Below, in pieces: positions 9,341-18,055 of a DNA stretch of 64,000 nt; positions within the stretch are counted from its first letter, which is position 1; each line of letters begins with the position of its first letter. The notes under the pieces are model-generated. The model worked only from the letters and a program-made list of their open reading frames with translations, was not told where the DNA came from and made no database searches. A program made the position numbers and the translations under genes. Origin of the DNA: a virus; the IMG/VR virus record IMGVR_UViG_3300010397_000041, positions 28,426 through 92,425 of that record. One strand, given 5' to 3'.

Positions 9341-10495
9341 TCAGATCGCCACGCGGGCGTACCGCTCGAGGATTTCCGCGGCCGCGGCTTCCATGGCCTC
9401 CATGTCCGGGCCGAGGTCCTTGTCGAGCGCGGCCGTGCCGGTGTCCGAGGACTTGCGGACGTAGACGGTCGCTATCTGCCCGACGGCGATCTTGATGTCG
9501 AAGGGGAGCGTGCCTATCCCCGTGCCGGCGCTGTGCGCGTTGACGGTGCCCACGGCGAGCGGCACCGTCCCCGGCCCGACCGCCGGTGTCCAGGTGGAGG
9601 CGACGGTGACCTGCTCCTCGACACCTGGGTCGGTGATGCGCAGCTGCTCACCGGGCTGGATCCCGGTCGTGTCAGCGAGGATCAGACTCGTCACGCCCGC
9701 GGTCGCCGCCGACGTGAGCGCGGAGATCGGGTAGCCGGCGATGTAGTCGAATTCGACGGCGACCGTGCCGCCGGACGGCGGGCCGAACTGGAATCCGCCC
9801 ATCCAGCTGCCCGACGGCGACAACGGGATGATCATCGCCCCGTCTTCGACCCACAGCGCGCCCGGTGTGACCGTGGTCGCCGGCCCGCCGACGGCCGCCG
9901 AGTAGGCGACCCGCGTGCAGGAGATCGGCGGCACATGACCGGAGGTCTGCCGGGGATGTAGCCGTAGGCAGCCGTCGCGGCCGATCCGCGCTGTCTCATG
10001 CTCGGCGAGCACCTGGTGGGCGCCGAGCTGAATGTTGCAGTAGTTGTCCGCCCACCTGCTCGCGCGCAACAAAATGTTCGCGAGCTCGCTGTCGTTCGCG
10101 GCCGCGGACGCGTTGGCGATCAGATCGTCGAAGTTCACACCGGTCGGCATCGCGCGGAACTCGGCGTTGGTCAGGTAGCTACCCGGCCAGCCGAAGATCT
10201 GCCCGGCGTCGCTGCCGACCGACGACGGGAGAACATCGAACTGGCCCTCGTAGGCCGTGTTCGGCAGCGTCGAGACCGCGTGATAGCCGTAGTGCCCGGA
10301 CGCCGGCGGCAGCCAGTCGACGTGGCAGGTGCCGGTAGCGTCGTGACTGACTGCCGGTGTCTGCGTCGTCCCGTCGGGGAGTTTGACAGTGACGACCATC
10401 GTCGCCGGGTCGATCGGCTGCCCGGTCGTCGGATCGGTGACGACGAACGGGCCGAGGCGGACCTCCTGGCCAAACGGGTAGGGCGTCGTCGACAT
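9341..10495 (-). CDS. Head-tail adaptor with N-terminal BppU-like beta domain
   Basis: YLTNAEF...LLRASRWADNYC and LPFDIKIAV...ILERY connector motifs; N-terminal IDPATMVVTVKLPDG domain. Confidence 0.75.
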   Translation of the reverse strand: MSTTPYPFGQEVRLGPFVVTDPTTGQPIDPATMVVTVKLPDGTTQTPAVSHDATGTCHVDWLPPASGHYGYHAVSTLPNTAYEGQFDVLPSSVGSDAGQIFGWPGSYLTNAEFRAMPTGVNFDDLIANASAAANDSELANILLRASRWADNYCNIQLGAHQVLAEHETARIGRDGCLRLHPRQTSGHVPPISCTRVAYSAAVGGPATTVTPGALWVEDGAMIIPLSPSGSWMGGFQFGPPSGGTVAVEFDYIAGYPISALTSAATAGVTSLILADTTGIQPGEQLRITDPGVEEQVTVASTWTPAVGPGTVPLAVGTVNAHSAGTGIGTLPFDIKIAVGQIATVYVRKSSDTGTAALDKDLGPDMEAMEAAAAEILERYARVAI

Positions 10496-10513
10496 CGGCG
10501 CCCCACCCGTCTG

Positions 10514-12712
10514 CTACTGATCCAGTCCGGTCATCGACCCTGCAGGCGAGTCGCCGCCCGTCATCCCGCCCGCCGCCATGTCTCCGCCGGTGACATGCGC
10601 CCACAGCGGATAGACCCGCGGCATGACGAGCTGCTGCCCGCGCCGCCACGGCCGCGACGGCGCGCGCCGCGTGGCGATCACCGGGGGTGGCACCCAGATA
10701 CCGCGCGGTCCCTGCGGCCACGGCGGCTCGGCGAACCTGCCCCTGCGGGGCCGGGCCGCAACCGGCCGCCGCGACGATGGCCGCGGCACCGGGCACGGCG
10801 TTGACCACGTGGGCTCGGCGAACCGACCCCGCCGGGACCGGACCGTGCCCGGTCGCCGCGACGCCATCGGCGACGGCGGCCAGGGGGCCGTCCCGCCGAA
10901 CGGGCCGCCGAGGAACCGTCCGCGGCGGACCGGGCGGACCGCAGGCCGCCGGCTGGTCGTGTTGCCCGGGGGGAACAGCGGACCAGGAGGCGGGATGTCG
11001 AAGACCCGTGCCCGGCGGACTACCCGGACCGCGGGCCGCCGGGACGCCGACGGCGACGATGGGACTGGTGGGATGACCTGCGGTGGAACCGTTTCGGCGA
11101 ACCGTCCCCGGCGGGTGGGCCGGGATGGTGCCCGCCGGGTTGCGGCGACCGCCGGAGGCAGCCACAGACCCTGCAACCCTTGCGGCCAGGGCGGTTCGAA
11201 TGAATGCCCGCGCCGCAGCTTCGGCGCCCACCTTGGCCGGTTGCCCGCCGGCGCGACCGCCGGTGGCAGCCACTTGCCCTGAGTGCCCTGCGGCCACGGC
11301 GGGGAAGCGACCTTGCCTCGGCGAGGCAGCGGGAACCAGCGGGGACGGAACCCGGCCGGGTCCGAGATCCCCGGAAACGGCTGGGTTTGTAGGCCCTGTG
11401 GCCACGGCGGCGACCAGCTGGCCCCACGCCGCAACTTCGGCGCCCACCGCGGGCGGGAGCCAGGCTGGTCGTAGATCCCGGGGTACGGCTGCGACTGGAC
11501 GCCCTGCGGCCAGGGAGGCTGGAAGAACCGGCCGCGTGGCTTCGGCTGCCAGCGGGGTTTCGACCCGGGCTGGCTGGTGAAGCTCGGCCACGCCTGCCCG
11601 GTGTTGCCCTGCGGCCACGGGGGCTCGAACAGCCGGCCTCGGCGGGTCGGCCGGGCAGGAGCCCGCCGCATCGCGATGGTCGCCGGTAGGAACGTGCCGA
11701 TCGGCGCCGGCGGGACCGCGATGATCTGCCCACGCCGGGTCGGACGTGCCGGGGCCCGTCGGGCGGGGATCGACTGGCCGACCAGAGCCGGTGGGGTGAG
11801 CGCCGGCCACGGCGGCTCAAACAGCCGGCCCCGGCGGGGCAGCGGGAACCAGCGTGGATGAGTGCCGGCCTGCCGCGTCTGGTCGGGCAGCCACCCACCG
11901 CGGGTCGCCTGCGGCCACGGCGGCTCGGCGAACCGGCCTCGGCGGGTCGGCCGGGCCGGCTGATGCCGGGCCGTGACCGACGGCGGAGGGAACGGGACCG
12001 GCGGATACCACGGCGGCTCGGCGAACCGGCCGCGGCGGGGACGCGGGAACCAGCGTGGATGGCTGCCCGCCTGGGCGGTGACGGTCGGCCAGCGCTGCCC
12101 AACCGGGCCCTGGGGCCACGGCGGCGACCAGCTGGCCCCGCGGCGGAGCTTCGGCGCCCACCGCGGGCGGGAGCCAGGCTGGTCGTAGATCCCGGGGTAC
12201 GGCTGCGACTGGACGCCCTGCGGCCAGGGCGGATCGAACCGGTGGCCACGGGCGATCCGCGGCGCCCAGCGGGGCCGGTAGCCCGCTGGCTCCGTGAAGC
12301 TCGGCCACGCCTGGCCCCGGGTGGCCTGCGGCCACGGCGGCTCAAAGGTCTTGCCACGTCGCAGCTTCGGAGCCCACCGCGGCCGCGACCCCGACTGGTC
12401 GTAGATCCCCGGGTACGGCTGCGACAGCGGCCCCTGCGGCCACGGCGGGTCGAACGACCTGCCCCGCCGAAGCTTCGGCGCCCACCGCGGCCGCGAACCG
12501 GCCGGCTCGATGAACGACGGCCAGCTCTGCCCGGTGTTGCCCTGCGGCCAGAAGTCGAAGTACCGGCCCCGGCGAGGACGCGGGAACCAGCGGGGACGGC
12601 TACCGGCTTGCTTCGGGTCGGTGGGCCACGCCTGGCCTTGATTGGCCTGGAGGAGGTTGGGCTCGAACCTCTTGCTGCGACGCGGCCAGGCGCCGCGCCA
12701 GCGCCGCAGCAT
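10514..12712 (-). CDS. Arg/Pro/Trp-rich tandem repeat protein (about 20 repeats of 30-36 aa)
   Basis: Recurrent GSRPRWAPKLRRGRxFEPPWPQG unit; fills the operon gap on the coding strand. Confidence 0.7.
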   Translation of the reverse strand: MLRRWRGAWPRRSKRFEPNLLQANQGQAWPTDPKQAGSRPRWFPRPRRGRYFDFWPQGNTGQSWPSFIEPAGSRPRWAPKLRRGRSFDPPWPQGPLSQPYPGIYDQSGSRPRWAPKLRRGKTFEPPWPQATRGQAWPSFTEPAGYRPRWAPRIARGHRFDPPWPQGVQSQPYPGIYDQPGSRPRWAPKLRRGASWSPPWPQGPVGQRWPTVTAQAGSHPRWFPRPRRGRFAEPPWYPPVPFPPPSVTARHQPARPTRRGRFAEPPWPQATRGGWLPDQTRQAGTHPRWFPLPRRGRLFEPPWPALTPPALVGQSIPARRAPARPTRRGQIIAVPPAPIGTFLPATIAMRRAPARPTRRGRLFEPPWPQGNTGQAWPSFTSQPGSKPRWQPKPRGRFFQPPWPQGVQSQPYPGIYDQPGSRPRWAPKLRRGASWSPPWPQGLQTQPFPGISDPAGFRPRWFPLPRRGKVASPPWPQGTQGKWLPPAVAPAGNRPRWAPKLRRGHSFEPPWPQGLQGLWLPPAVAATRRAPSRPTRRGRFAETVPPQVIPPVPSSPSASRRPAVRVVRRARVFDIPPPGPLFPPGNTTSRRPAVRPVRRGRFLGGPFGGTAPWPPSPMASRRPGTVRSRRGRFAEPTWSTPCPVPRPSSRRPVAARPRRGRFAEPPWPQGPRGIWVPPPVIATRRAPSRPWRRGQQLVMPRVYPLWAHVTGGDMAAGGMTGGDSPAGSMTGLDQ
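10600..12640. repeat. Degenerate coding tandem repeats of about 90-108 bp
   Basis: Recurrent GGCCACGGCGG; near-identical ~115-nt copies at about 11400-11514 and 12114-12228. Confidence 0.85.
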
Positions 12713-12797
12713 GGACTACCCCCGACACCGTCGGCGACGACGAGATTCTTCCTCGCCGACGCCGCCCTGCGAGTGGCCAGCGACTACAAAGGGTGAT

Positions 12798-13295
12798 CTA
12801 CTCTTCCCACTCCGCGCTGAGCGTGTACAGGTGCGCCGTGGGCAGCGCGTTGCCGACGTTGATGAACGCGATGCCGTTCGCGGTACCCGACGCGACGATC
12901 AGCTCCTCCAGCAGCTCGAACGGCAGGTCGACGCCGCTCTGCGAGTTGAACGACACCTCGTACAGGTACGGCGCGGTCCACGTCGCGGTGGGTACGGTCG
13001 ACCAGGCGGTGTCCAGGCCGGTGATCTGGCTGGCCGCAGTGTTGGGGTCGAGCTTGTTCCCGGTGCTGGTCGCGGTCGCGGTGCCGCGGGCGGTGGTACG
13101 AACCAGGGCAATGGTGAGCTGCTGCGAGGTCGGCGCGCCGGTACCGGCGCGGACGCCGATCGTGAGCCGGCGCAGCTTGTAGCCGGCCGACGCACCGGCC
13201 TGGAGGCTGCCGAACAGCGCGTTGGCCGTGCCGCCGGACGGGGCGGTCGCGACGATCGCCGTCGCCGACTCCACGGTGATGTTGTAGCGGGCCAC
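12798..13295 (-). CDS. Virion structural protein (beta-rich)
   Basis: GAAAGG before GTG; T/A/G-rich; ends AEWEE. Confidence 0.65.
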   Translation of the reverse strand: MARYNITVESATAIVATAPSGGTANALFGSLQAGASAGYKLRRLTIGVRAGTGAPTSQQLTIALVRTTARGTATATSTGNKLDPNTAASQITGLDTAWSTVPTATWTAPYLYEVSFNSQSGVDLPFELLEELIVASGTANGIAFINVGNALPTAHLYTLSAEWEE

Positions 13296-13318
13296 CTGAA
13301 AGCCTTTCTCGAAACAGG

Positions 13319-13346
13319 AAAAGCCCGCCGGATGGTCCGGGCGGGC
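13319..13346 (-). terminator. Rho-independent terminator/attenuator-like hairpin
   Basis: GCCCGCCCGGA-CCA-TCCGGCGGGC followed by TTTT on the - strand. Confidence 0.5.
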
Positions 13347-13374
13347 AAACGTGCAGGGAACGGCCTCGGTGGGC

Positions 13375-14088
13375 CTAGAAGAAGCTGTTGTACTGGCCGG
13401 TGATCGGCGGGACGACCACACCGCCATAGGGGCCGGGGTATGTGGTGTCTGTCCAGACGACGTCGTCGATGTTGACTGTCGTGTTTGAGGCGCCAGTCGG
13501 CATGCCCACGCGAAGCTGGCTGATTGCGGACGACGAGCCGGTGTTCGTGGCCCCGCTGTTCAGGGTTTCGGCTGGGTTGGTCCCGTCCGGCGCGGTGAAA
13601 ATCTTGAGAGTCGCCGAGCCGTTGGTGCCGGTGCCAGCGGTCGCGCCGAGCTCAAACCTGTACCAGGTGGACGTGGACAGCGTGGTGGTGCTGGTCGTCG
13701 AACCGGTCGTGCCGTTCCACAGCAGGGTGATGGTGCCGGCCGAGTTGAGGCGGATCCCCGCGATGTTGGTAATACCACCGGACATCAACGTCGCGATGAC
13801 AATGTTGCTGCTCAGCGACGATGGGAGCAGGGCGTACACCCGGCAGTAAGTGGTGGTGGCCGAGACGCCGGAGGTCCAGGCGCAGTACGGCGAGCCACTG
13901 ACCCCTGTCGTCGCGTACTGGCCGCTCAGCGTGCCGTGGGCGGCGAAGGTGGAGTCATATTTGGCGGTGCCGATGGTTGTGGAAACCGTGTTCCACTGGT
14001 TGTCGCTGGCGCCTGAGTTGGACGTCGAGATCGCAGTTCCGGAGGACTGGCCGGATTCGTAGGAGTTGGTGAGGGTCGCCACCGGCAC
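13375..14088 (-). CDS. Virion protein with concanavalin/lectin-like beta sandwich
   Basis: S/T/G-rich; LSTSTWYRFEL and VNIDDV motifs. Confidence 0.65.
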   Translation of the reverse strand: MPVATLTNSYESGQSSGTAISTSNSGASDNQWNTVSTTIGTAKYDSTFAAHGTLSGQYATTGVSGSPYCAWTSGVSATTTYCRVYALLPSSLSSNIVIATLMSGGITNIAGIRLNSAGTITLLWNGTTGSTTSTTTLSTSTWYRFELGATAGTGTNGSATLKIFTAPDGTNPAETLNSGATNTGSSSAISQLRVGMPTGASNTTVNIDDVVWTDTTYPGPYGGVVVPPITGQYNSFF

Positions 14089-14120
14089 CGACCATCCTTC
14101 TCAGGCCAGTTCCCGGACAG

Positions 14121-14387
14121 TCAGCTCACGATGCGGATGATCGTGTCCGTGTCCGGGTCGACCTCGACCGACAGCGGGCCGTGCTCGGTATCCACCGACG
14201 CGGAGGTGTAGCCCGAGTGCGGGACCAGCCCGGCGATGGACTGGCCCACCGCAGGATTGGCCGGGTCGAACGGCGGCGGCGGGGCCGGCGGTATCGGGGC
14301 TGGTGGCGGTGTTGGGGCTGGCGGCGTCGGTTTCGGGGTGGCGGCGGCGCGGGGCTGCCGCGCCGTCGCCGTGTTGGCCCCGGCCAT
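14121..14387 (-). CDS. Pro-rich hypothetical protein
   Basis: ATG overlaps the upstream TGA. Confidence 0.55.
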   Translation of the reverse strand: MAGANTATARQPRAAATPKPTPPAPTPPPAPIPPAPPPPFDPANPAVGQSIAGLVPHSGYTSASVDTEHGPLSVEVDPDTDTIIRIVS

Positions 14388-15250
14388 CAGGTGACGATGA
14401 CCAGCGGAATCGTTCCGACGGTCGTCGCGCCGGTGATCGTCGCCGGGGCGGTGGTCGTCAGCGATGAACCTGACGTCTGCGCGAGGATCTTGTTCCCGGC
14501 GATGACCGCCGCCGACGCCCCCGCACCGGCCCGGCCGGTGCCGGCGAGCGACGGCGGAGTGGTCGCCTTCACCATGATCGCCGCGTAGTACACGGCCGTC
14601 GTGGTGATCGTCTGCGGGGTGGTGAGCGCGACGGTCTTCGCTGTCTCCGCCGCCCACGCCGTCGACGTCTGGTCCGCGGTCTGCGCGAGCAGCGCCGGCG
14701 TCGCGGCCGAGCTGTACAGGGCGAACCACCAGTTGGTGGGCGTGCCCGCCGCCGTCGCACCCGAGACGAAGGTCAAGTTCGTGACGACCGTTCCGGCGGG
14801 CAACCAAATCGCGACCGACGTCATCACCTGCGTCGTCAGCGCGGCCAGATCCGTCCCCGCCTGGCTACGCGCCAGGTTGCTGTAGTTCACGCCAGCCGGT
14901 GACCCGTCGAGGGCGTACGCCTGCTGGGCCGCATAGGCCGCCGCGAGACCACCGGCCGCGTTCAGCGGCGCGTCGATCGGCAGGTAGATCCCGACCGGGT
15001 AGTTGGCCGCGATCAGAATCGAACCGTTGTACAGGTCGACCGCGGCGACGCCGTTCGTCGCGAACTCGGCGAACCCCGAGCCGTCCGTCGTGAACTGGCC
15101 CGACGAGGACAGCACGGTGGTCAGCGTCGGATCGGTGTACAGGGTCACCGTCGTGCTGGTGCCAGGGACCTTGGCGGTGAGGGTCGTCGACCGGATCGGG
15201 TTGACGCCGTCCGGCGCCACGACGCGGGCGAAACGAAAAGCGGTGGCCAT
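14387..15250 (-). CDS. Virion fibre/decoration-like protein
   Basis: TLYTDPTLT...FTTDGSGFAEF head-binding-like N-terminus; GGAG RBS. Confidence 0.65.
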   Translation of the reverse strand: MATAFRFARVVAPDGVNPIRSTTLTAKVPGTSTTVTLYTDPTLTTVLSSSGQFTTDGSGFAEFATNGVAAVDLYNGSILIAANYPVGIYLPIDAPLNAAGGLAAAYAAQQAYALDGSPAGVNYSNLARSQAGTDLAALTTQVMTSVAIWLPAGTVVTNLTFVSGATAAGTPTNWWFALYSSAATPALLAQTADQTSTAWAAETAKTVALTTPQTITTTAVYYAAIMVKATTPPSLAGTGRAGAGASAAVIAGNKILAQTSGSSLTTTAPATITGATTVGTIPLVIVT

Positions 15251-15252
15251 CG

Positions 15253-15504
15253 TCAGTTCTCCTTCGGGTTGTCGCGCCCGCAGCGGGAACAGCGACGAAA
15301 CAGCGACTTGAAGCCGCAAGGGCACGGAAAGCCGGCCGCGCGCGTCACGCCGCCGACATCGGCAGGGAAAGCGCCCTGGTCGCGAAGCATCCGAATGTGC
15401 CGCCGGTCTTCCACATCGAACGTGCGGCCGTTGTAACGGGCCGTGCCGGTTTCGGTGCGGACGTCGATGCCCCTGCAGGCGCCGTCGGGTACGGCCATGC
15501 GCAT
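15253..15504 (-). CDS. Small Zn-finger protein (CPCG...CSRC)
   Basis: Cys motifs; operon fit. Confidence 0.6.
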   Translation of the reverse strand: MRMAVPDGACRGIDVRTETGTARYNGRTFDVEDRRHIRMLRDQGAFPADVGGVTRAAGFPCPCGFKSLFRRCSRCGRDNPKEN

Positions 15505-15507
15505 CGG

Positions 15508-15789
15508 TCAGCTCCCGGGGGCGTAGGCGTAGGAAATGGTTCCGGTGCCGGCCGACGTGGCGACCAGCTTGGCGCCGCCGAGCAGCCAGGACACGGGCAC
15601 GCCGACGGGCAGCACAAACCCGGTCGGACAGGTCGGGCCGGTCAGGGTGACCGCGGTCGTGCCGGCGATCAGCGTCACCGCGCCCGCGAGCCCCGGCGCC
15701 GGGCGGATGTTCTCGACCGGGATCGACACCCCGCCGACCGTGGCTGTGACGTTGCCGGTGACGAACGGCGGGGTTGGGGCGGCGACCAT
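15508..15789 (-). CDS. Small virion structural protein
   Basis: Coupled to upstream gene; beta-rich. Confidence 0.6.
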   Translation of the reverse strand: MVAAPTPPFVTGNVTATVGGVSIPVENIRPAPGLAGAVTLIAGTTAVTLTGPTCPTGFVLPVGVPVSWLLGGAKLVATSAGTGTISYAYAPGS

Positions 15790-16109
15790 CAGAGGCTCAC
15801 GTTCGCCGCGGTCTGCACGATCGTCGTCAGCGCCGAGATCTGCCCGGCCACGTCGGCGGTCAGCGCCGGGTAGGCGCAGCCTGAGACGTCTACGTGGATG
15901 TCGACGCCGACCTGGCTGCCGGTGAGCCGCAGGATCGACGTCATCTTCGACGAGGTGAGATAGCCGGTGATCTGGGTGAGGACGGCGGCGACGCCGGCCG
16001 CTGTCAGGTTGAACGAGTTCCGGGCGCCCAGGGAGATTTCGACGACACCGGTCGACCCGGGTGACGTTTCGATCAGATATGGGCTGCCGGGGATGGCGTA
16101 GGTCGCCAT
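15789..16109 (-). CDS. Hypothetical virion protein
   Basis: First gene after the capsid gene; AAAGGGG upstream. Confidence 0.6.
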   Translation of the reverse strand: MATYAIPGSPYLIETSPGSTGVVEISLGARNSFNLTAAGVAAVLTQITGYLTSSKMTSILRLTGSQVGVDIHVDVSGCAYPALTADVAGQISALTTIVQTAANVSL

Positions 16110-16188
16110 GATGCCCCTTTCCGGGGAAACGCCGACGGCCCGCGTCTCGCAGGAGCAGGACGCGGGCCGCCGGGAACGGGAAGGGGTG

Positions 16189-17973
16189 TCAGCTCGTCGG
16201 CTGAATCCCGACGATCATCGACGAGCGGTCGGGGGCGTACGCGGCCATCGTCGACGTCCAGTACACGGACGTGTCGTACGACATCTGCATGACGGGCCAA
16301 TCGATGCTCATGTAGTCCTGTGGGCCGCGGATCTCCCAGCAGTTCGCGACGTTCACCCCGGGAACGGTGATCGACGACTGGAGGACGACGGCGTTACCCT
16401 GCGGCATCCAGGGGTGCACCTTGATGTCGACGGAGCGGCCGGTCGTCTCGTTCACGATGCTCGTGACGACGCTGCCGAGCTTGACGCCCATCAGCTGGTC
16501 CTCGGAGATCTCCAACCTGTAGTTGGAGGCGGACTGGCCGCGCAGCGTCGAAGAGATCTGATGCCTGTCCTGACCCGACAGCCAGATCTCCTCGGGATCC
16601 GCCTTCGTCGCCGCGTAGGTCGCGGCGAACGCGGCCTGGAACTCGGCACCCGGGCTTGCCGTGGAGAACGGGGCGTTGAGCCGGCCGACGTAGCCGGTGG
16701 TGGCGGCCTGCGACCAGATCCACGGGATGATCCCGTCGTAGTTGTCCGGCCGGGCCGACACACCGTCACCGGTGGCGAGGTTGACGGTCGCGCCGCCCTG
16801 GATCGGCCAGGCGGCGACGGTCGCCGTGGCGAGGCTTCCCGAACCGGGGGTACCGATCGCGCCCTGCAGGGTGAGGGTCTGCGTCGGGGTGCGGCCCGCG
16901 GACTGGTTGCTCGGAAACGCCGGGCCGACGTACAGGTAGCGGCTCGCGTCCCCGGGGTCCGAGGCGCCGGTGGAGACGAACACCTTGTAGCCGGTGGTCC
17001 CGGTCACCGGGTTCGGGATGGTGATGTCGACGACCTGGCCGGCCGAGACTGCGATACCCGAGGACGCGGACGACGCCTGCGAGACGCCGAACTCGCCGCT
17101 TTCGGCGACGACGCGGACGTAGACGTTGCTGGTGAACCCGGTCAGCGCCGTCTCACCGGTCGCCGCGTTCCGGGCCGCGCCGGTCGGCGTGCCCGACGGG
17201 GCGGCGACGAGGCCGCTGTACCCCTGCAGGGTCCCGCGGCCGTAGAGCATCACCCGCTCCTCGGCCAGCATCGAGGCGTAGAGCGTGGCCATGCGGCTCA
17301 GCTCGCGAGTGTCCTGGAATCCCATCGCGCTGAAATAGGTCCAGAACGACTGTTCATCGCTGGCGCCCATCTGCACATAACTGAGATTGGTGTCGTCACC
17401 GGCGTAGCTGATCTTCTGCGGGCGGTTCCACCACAGCGGGTTCGCCGAGCCCGGGTTCGCGAAGTTGACCTGGGTCGGATCGGTGAATCCGGGGTTGAAC
17501 GCGCCCAGCCCGCCGGTTCCGGAACCGGAAATACCGGTCACCCTCTTGTAGCGGTATGAGGTGCCCATTCCCTGCGTGCGGGGGAACTTGTTCCTCATCG
17601 GCGTCAAGATCGGAGCGAGGAGCAGCGCCGGGGCACGCAGGTCGAAGCCGACGAGACCACCGGGCACGGGCGACGTCGGGGTGATGTCCTTCTGCAGCCA
17701 GTCCGCGCCCAACTGCTGGGCGACCGCCGCCTCGACCGCCGCCATCTTGTCCGCGGACACGCCCAGGTTGCCGTACGCCTTCGTCAGAACCTGACGGGCG
17801 TTGCCGCGGACCGTCGGGACTAGCGCCTTGTTCATGACGTCGAGTTCGACGTCACCACGTTGCGTGTTCGGCGTCGTCTCGACCGCCATCCGGAAATCAG
17901 CGGCGGCCTTGACCAGGTCGGCGTCGGAAAGCTTCGCGCCGAACAGCTCGCGCAGCAGCGTCGTCGAACTCAT
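16189..17973 (-). CDS. Major capsid protein with an internal Ig/FN3-like insertion
   Basis: GFDLRAPALLLAPILTPMRNKFPR, EERVMLYGRG, VHPWMPQG motifs; follows protease/scaffold; AGAGG RBS. Confidence 0.88.
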   Translation of the reverse strand: MSSTTLLRELFGAKLSDADLVKAAADFRMAVETTPNTQRGDVELDVMNKALVPTVRGNARQVLTKAYGNLGVSADKMAAVEAAVAQQLGADWLQKDITPTSPVPGGLVGFDLRAPALLLAPILTPMRNKFPRTQGMGTSYRYKRVTGISGSGTGGLGAFNPGFTDPTQVNFANPGSANPLWWNRPQKISYAGDDTNLSYVQMGASDEQSFWTYFSAMGFQDTRELSRMATLYASMLAEERVMLYGRGTLQGYSGLVAAPSGTPTGAARNAATGETALTGFTSNVYVRVVAESGEFGVSQASSASSGIAVSAGQVVDITIPNPVTGTTGYKVFVSTGASDPGDASRYLYVGPAFPSNQSAGRTPTQTLTLQGAIGTPGSGSLATATVAAWPIQGGATVNLATGDGVSARPDNYDGIIPWIWSQAATTGYVGRLNAPFSTASPGAEFQAAFAATYAATKADPEEIWLSGQDRHQISSTLRGQSASNYRLEISEDQLMGVKLGSVVTSIVNETTGRSVDIKVHPWMPQGNAVVLQSSITVPGVNVANCWEIRGPQDYMSIDWPVMQMSYDTSVYWTSTMAAYAPDRSSMIVGIQPTS

Positions 17974-17997
17974 GGAAATGCCTCTTTCGGGCATACG

Positions 17998-18028
17998 AAA
18001 AGCCCGCCACCCTGCGGGAGGACGGGCC
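17998..18028 (-). terminator. Hairpin with T-tract just upstream of the capsid gene
   Basis: GCCCGTC...GGCGGGCTTTT on the - strand. Confidence 0.4.
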
Positions 18029-18055
18029 TCGAATGTGGTCTGGGGGGATGCGCCG

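Noticed and set aside
10179-12357. Overlapping long ORFs in alternative frames of the repeat gene
   Set aside because: Explained by GC-rich repeats lacking stops; no RBS or operon fit
10514-12712. CRISPR array or DGR template/variable repeat
   Set aside because: Repeats are degenerate, keep the reading frame and lack unique spacers; no cas or reverse transcriptase gene in the window
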